From: Leucoraja erinacea | Lineage: Eukaryota | Length of the DNA: 64,000 nucleotides | NCBI RefSeq assembly: GCF_028641065.1 | Contig: NC_073397.1 | Coordinates: 20,894,001-20,958,000, forward strand | Direction of reading: 5' to 3' | Part shown: one piece after another, positions 61,695 to 64,000 of the stretch | How the letters are laid out: each line of letters opens with the position of its first letter | Position numbering within the stretch: the stretch's first letter is position 1 | The notes under the pieces: generated by a model | Databases searched by the model: none | The model's input: the letters and a program-made list of their open reading frames with translations, nothing else | What the model was told of the DNA's origin: nothing | Translations under genes and position numbers: made by a program

Positions 61695-61880
61695 CTAGGG
61701 AATATGTTGGCAGTCCTCATTCCTGGAACTCGCTCCCTAACAGCACTGTGGAATTGCCTTCATTGGAAGGACTACAGCAGTTTAAGAAGTCAACTCACCA
61801 GTACACTAGGCAATTAGGGAAGGCAATGAATGCTGGCCCTGCTAGTGATGCCAGATCTCAACAATGAATAAATGAAAAAT
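61670..61880 (+). mobile_element. CR1/L2-like LINE 3' end overlapping the ZNF831 stop codon
   Basis: ccaagccactcaccgtcatgactagggaat...cctggaactcgctccctaacagcactgtgg...ggcaattagggaaggcaatgaatgctggcc; matches the minus-strand copy at 2240-2460. Confidence 0.7.
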
Positions 61881-63729
61881 AATTGTTCTTCATTGACTGC
61901 ACATGCTGCAGTCGATGAAGGGGCAACCAACTTCCTAAAGCCCAGTGTTCAAGATGTCCAGAATGATTAGCAACATCAAAACCAGTAACAGTATTGTTTG
62001 TTTCTCACATATCAATCAATAGGACGTGGTGAACTGAAGACTGTAGAATACTTCAATGTTAGTTACCATTAGGCAATCAAGCAACAACAATTTCCAACAA
62101 ATAGTCAACCTCGGCAGCCTTTTGGAACCTAATCTGTATACAATCTTGACATCAGAGTGGCAGATTGGCTCCAGTTTGTAATATTATTAATTCAATGGTG
62201 CGGAAATGCCAACAAGGTGATGGAGTCTGAGTATGAGCAGAGAGTCCAAGCTCCTGTAGTGTTATCTAGTATAGACTATGCTCCTATATTCTTTGGAGAA
62301 AGGCGAGATCACTGCAATCCAGAATCTAATACATACACGACAAAACATCTGACCTATCACACCTGACACTGAGGGTTCTTTTGCTATATAGAGATTACAA
62401 CAGAAGAGCTGTGGAACTTGTGCTCAATCAGTGAGTATACCTATGAACTATTCCTTGTACATTTGTGTTGCTAAACTTCCCTCCTTTTTGTCAGTCCCAA
62501 GCACCAATTAAAATGTGCATGCTGCTGATGCCTCTCAAGATTCCATGTGCTGACGGTCCCTAATTTTGCTCTGTTTCCCGGTTACTATGAATGGCAGAGA
62601 GAGAATGAGATGGCTCACACAGTCAATTGACAGCACTGGGCACTGCAAGGATCCAAGAGCATTGAAGTACATGTTCAACTTGTATGTGTACTTCCAACAA
62701 AGCAATGTGTCAATTAGTGAAGATAACAGTTCCATTGCTAGTTTAGTGGAAATAGAGTCAAGGGCACAGAACATGGATCTCATTAAATAAATGGGTTCTA
62801 GAGGGCACAAGAGATGATCGGAGAGGAGTGGGAAAGATGTGAACATGGTCTGGGGGCCTCACAAGTTTAGCCAAATGAATGAGTGAACAGAATGAAAGTG
62901 GCATGAAATACACACCAAATTATTTCAATCTGCAAAGATATTCATGAAACGGATCTTGATCATAGAGGTGGGGAGAGAGGTACCAGAACCCAGTGTACAG
63001 TAGGAGAAGAAGTACGGCAACTATGTCAATCAGAGAAGATAACAGTTCCATTGGTAGTGATCTCCACATCCTGTGAATGAATGAGGAATGGTGGCGACAG
63101 AGCCCAATGGAACTTTATATGGTTAAACCTGATCTGTCAACAAATGTCGAACAAATTCTGCACCAAATGCCTTCCATGTTGCATTAAGGGGACATAATGA
63201 TGCAGAAATGAGGATTGTATTGTAAGAGTGCAATTCATTTAAGGGAACTAAAGGGGTCAATGGGAGTGTAGTTTAGTGGATCAATAATTGCAGAATTGTG
63301 CAGATCAGTGAAGGCTGTTCAACAGAGATTTTGAATTGGCGATGTAACTGAGTTTAGTGGGGCCTTTACCTCGAGGTGGCAGCAAAAGGATGGATCGTAA
63401 GATGTGAGAGGCAATTGATATAAGGAAGTTCACAGTTGGTCCTGTGACAATGACAATGGGATTAAGGAGGCTACATGAGATGGCTAGTGCAAGGAGTTGC
63501 CTGTGAATATAGACCGGATTTTTCACCTGGGAAGTCATGAAGGAAGGAAACGTAGAGGTGATGGAGAGCATAATGAATTAAGATGGTTGAATTCAACGAG
63601 CATGAGACATTGTTTGGTGCAGAGGCAGGAAAGCAGTGAAGGTTTTGTGGTTACACAGAACTATGAGTGAATGCTAAGGATGGGAGAGCCGAGGATCAAT
63701 GAACTGGACATTGATGGGTTTGGTGGTGG

Positions 63730-64000
63730 AGAGAATCAACAACAGGAGTGTCCCTGCGTGTACACATCTCTGAATATCTGTCTTGGGCCCAGCACATGGA
63801 TGCAATCACAAAGAAAACCCATCAATACCTCTACTTCCTTAGAAGATTGAAGTGTTTATGTAGATGAATACTCTCTTCAACCTCTACAGAAGTACGATGG
63901 TGTACACTGACCGGTTGCATCATGGCCTGTTTCGTCAACTTGAACGCCTAGAAATGAAGGAGGTTAGAGAGAGTCTAACGCACCTCTCCATCTATCACAG
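63730..64000 (+). mobile_element. Rex1/Babar LINE fragment
   Basis: Similar to 46310-46510 (catctctgaa..cccagcacat..caatcacaaagaaa..ctctacttccttagaagattga). Confidence 0.7.

Overview
Repeat-rich vertebrate DNA, not microbial. The HE1-type tRNA-SINEs, HER1/CR1, Rex1/Babar, Penelope and Helitron repertoire points to a cartilaginous fish, probably a skate or ray (inference). Three genes are supported. (1) An intronless PPP1R3D-like glycogen-targeting PP1 subunit (11725-14187, -), 820 aa, with a ~550-aa repeat-containing N-terminal extension. (2) A complete six-exon, 236-aa ADTRP/AIG1-family Thr/His lipid hydrolase (35335-42178, -), assembled by hand from splice sites and not recovered by the ORF track. 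(3) The large coding exon of ZNF831 (58308-61694, +), with a 9-aa-repeat N-terminus and a stop codon apparently supplied by a LINE fragment. The ADTRP/AIG1-like gene lies head-to-head with ZNF831, mirroring ADTRP-HIVEP1 and AIG1-HIVEP2 in human, which suggests a third ohnolog absent from the human ZNF831 locus. The rest is mostly nested transposons: hAT/CGGBP1-like, Helitrons, Tc1, hammerhead-bearing Penelope elements and a GC-rich non-autonomous retroelement family. There is an assembly gap at 55081-55263. Repeat boundaries were read by eye and are approximate unless a TSD or terminus is quoted. No database searches were run; family names come from recalled motifs.
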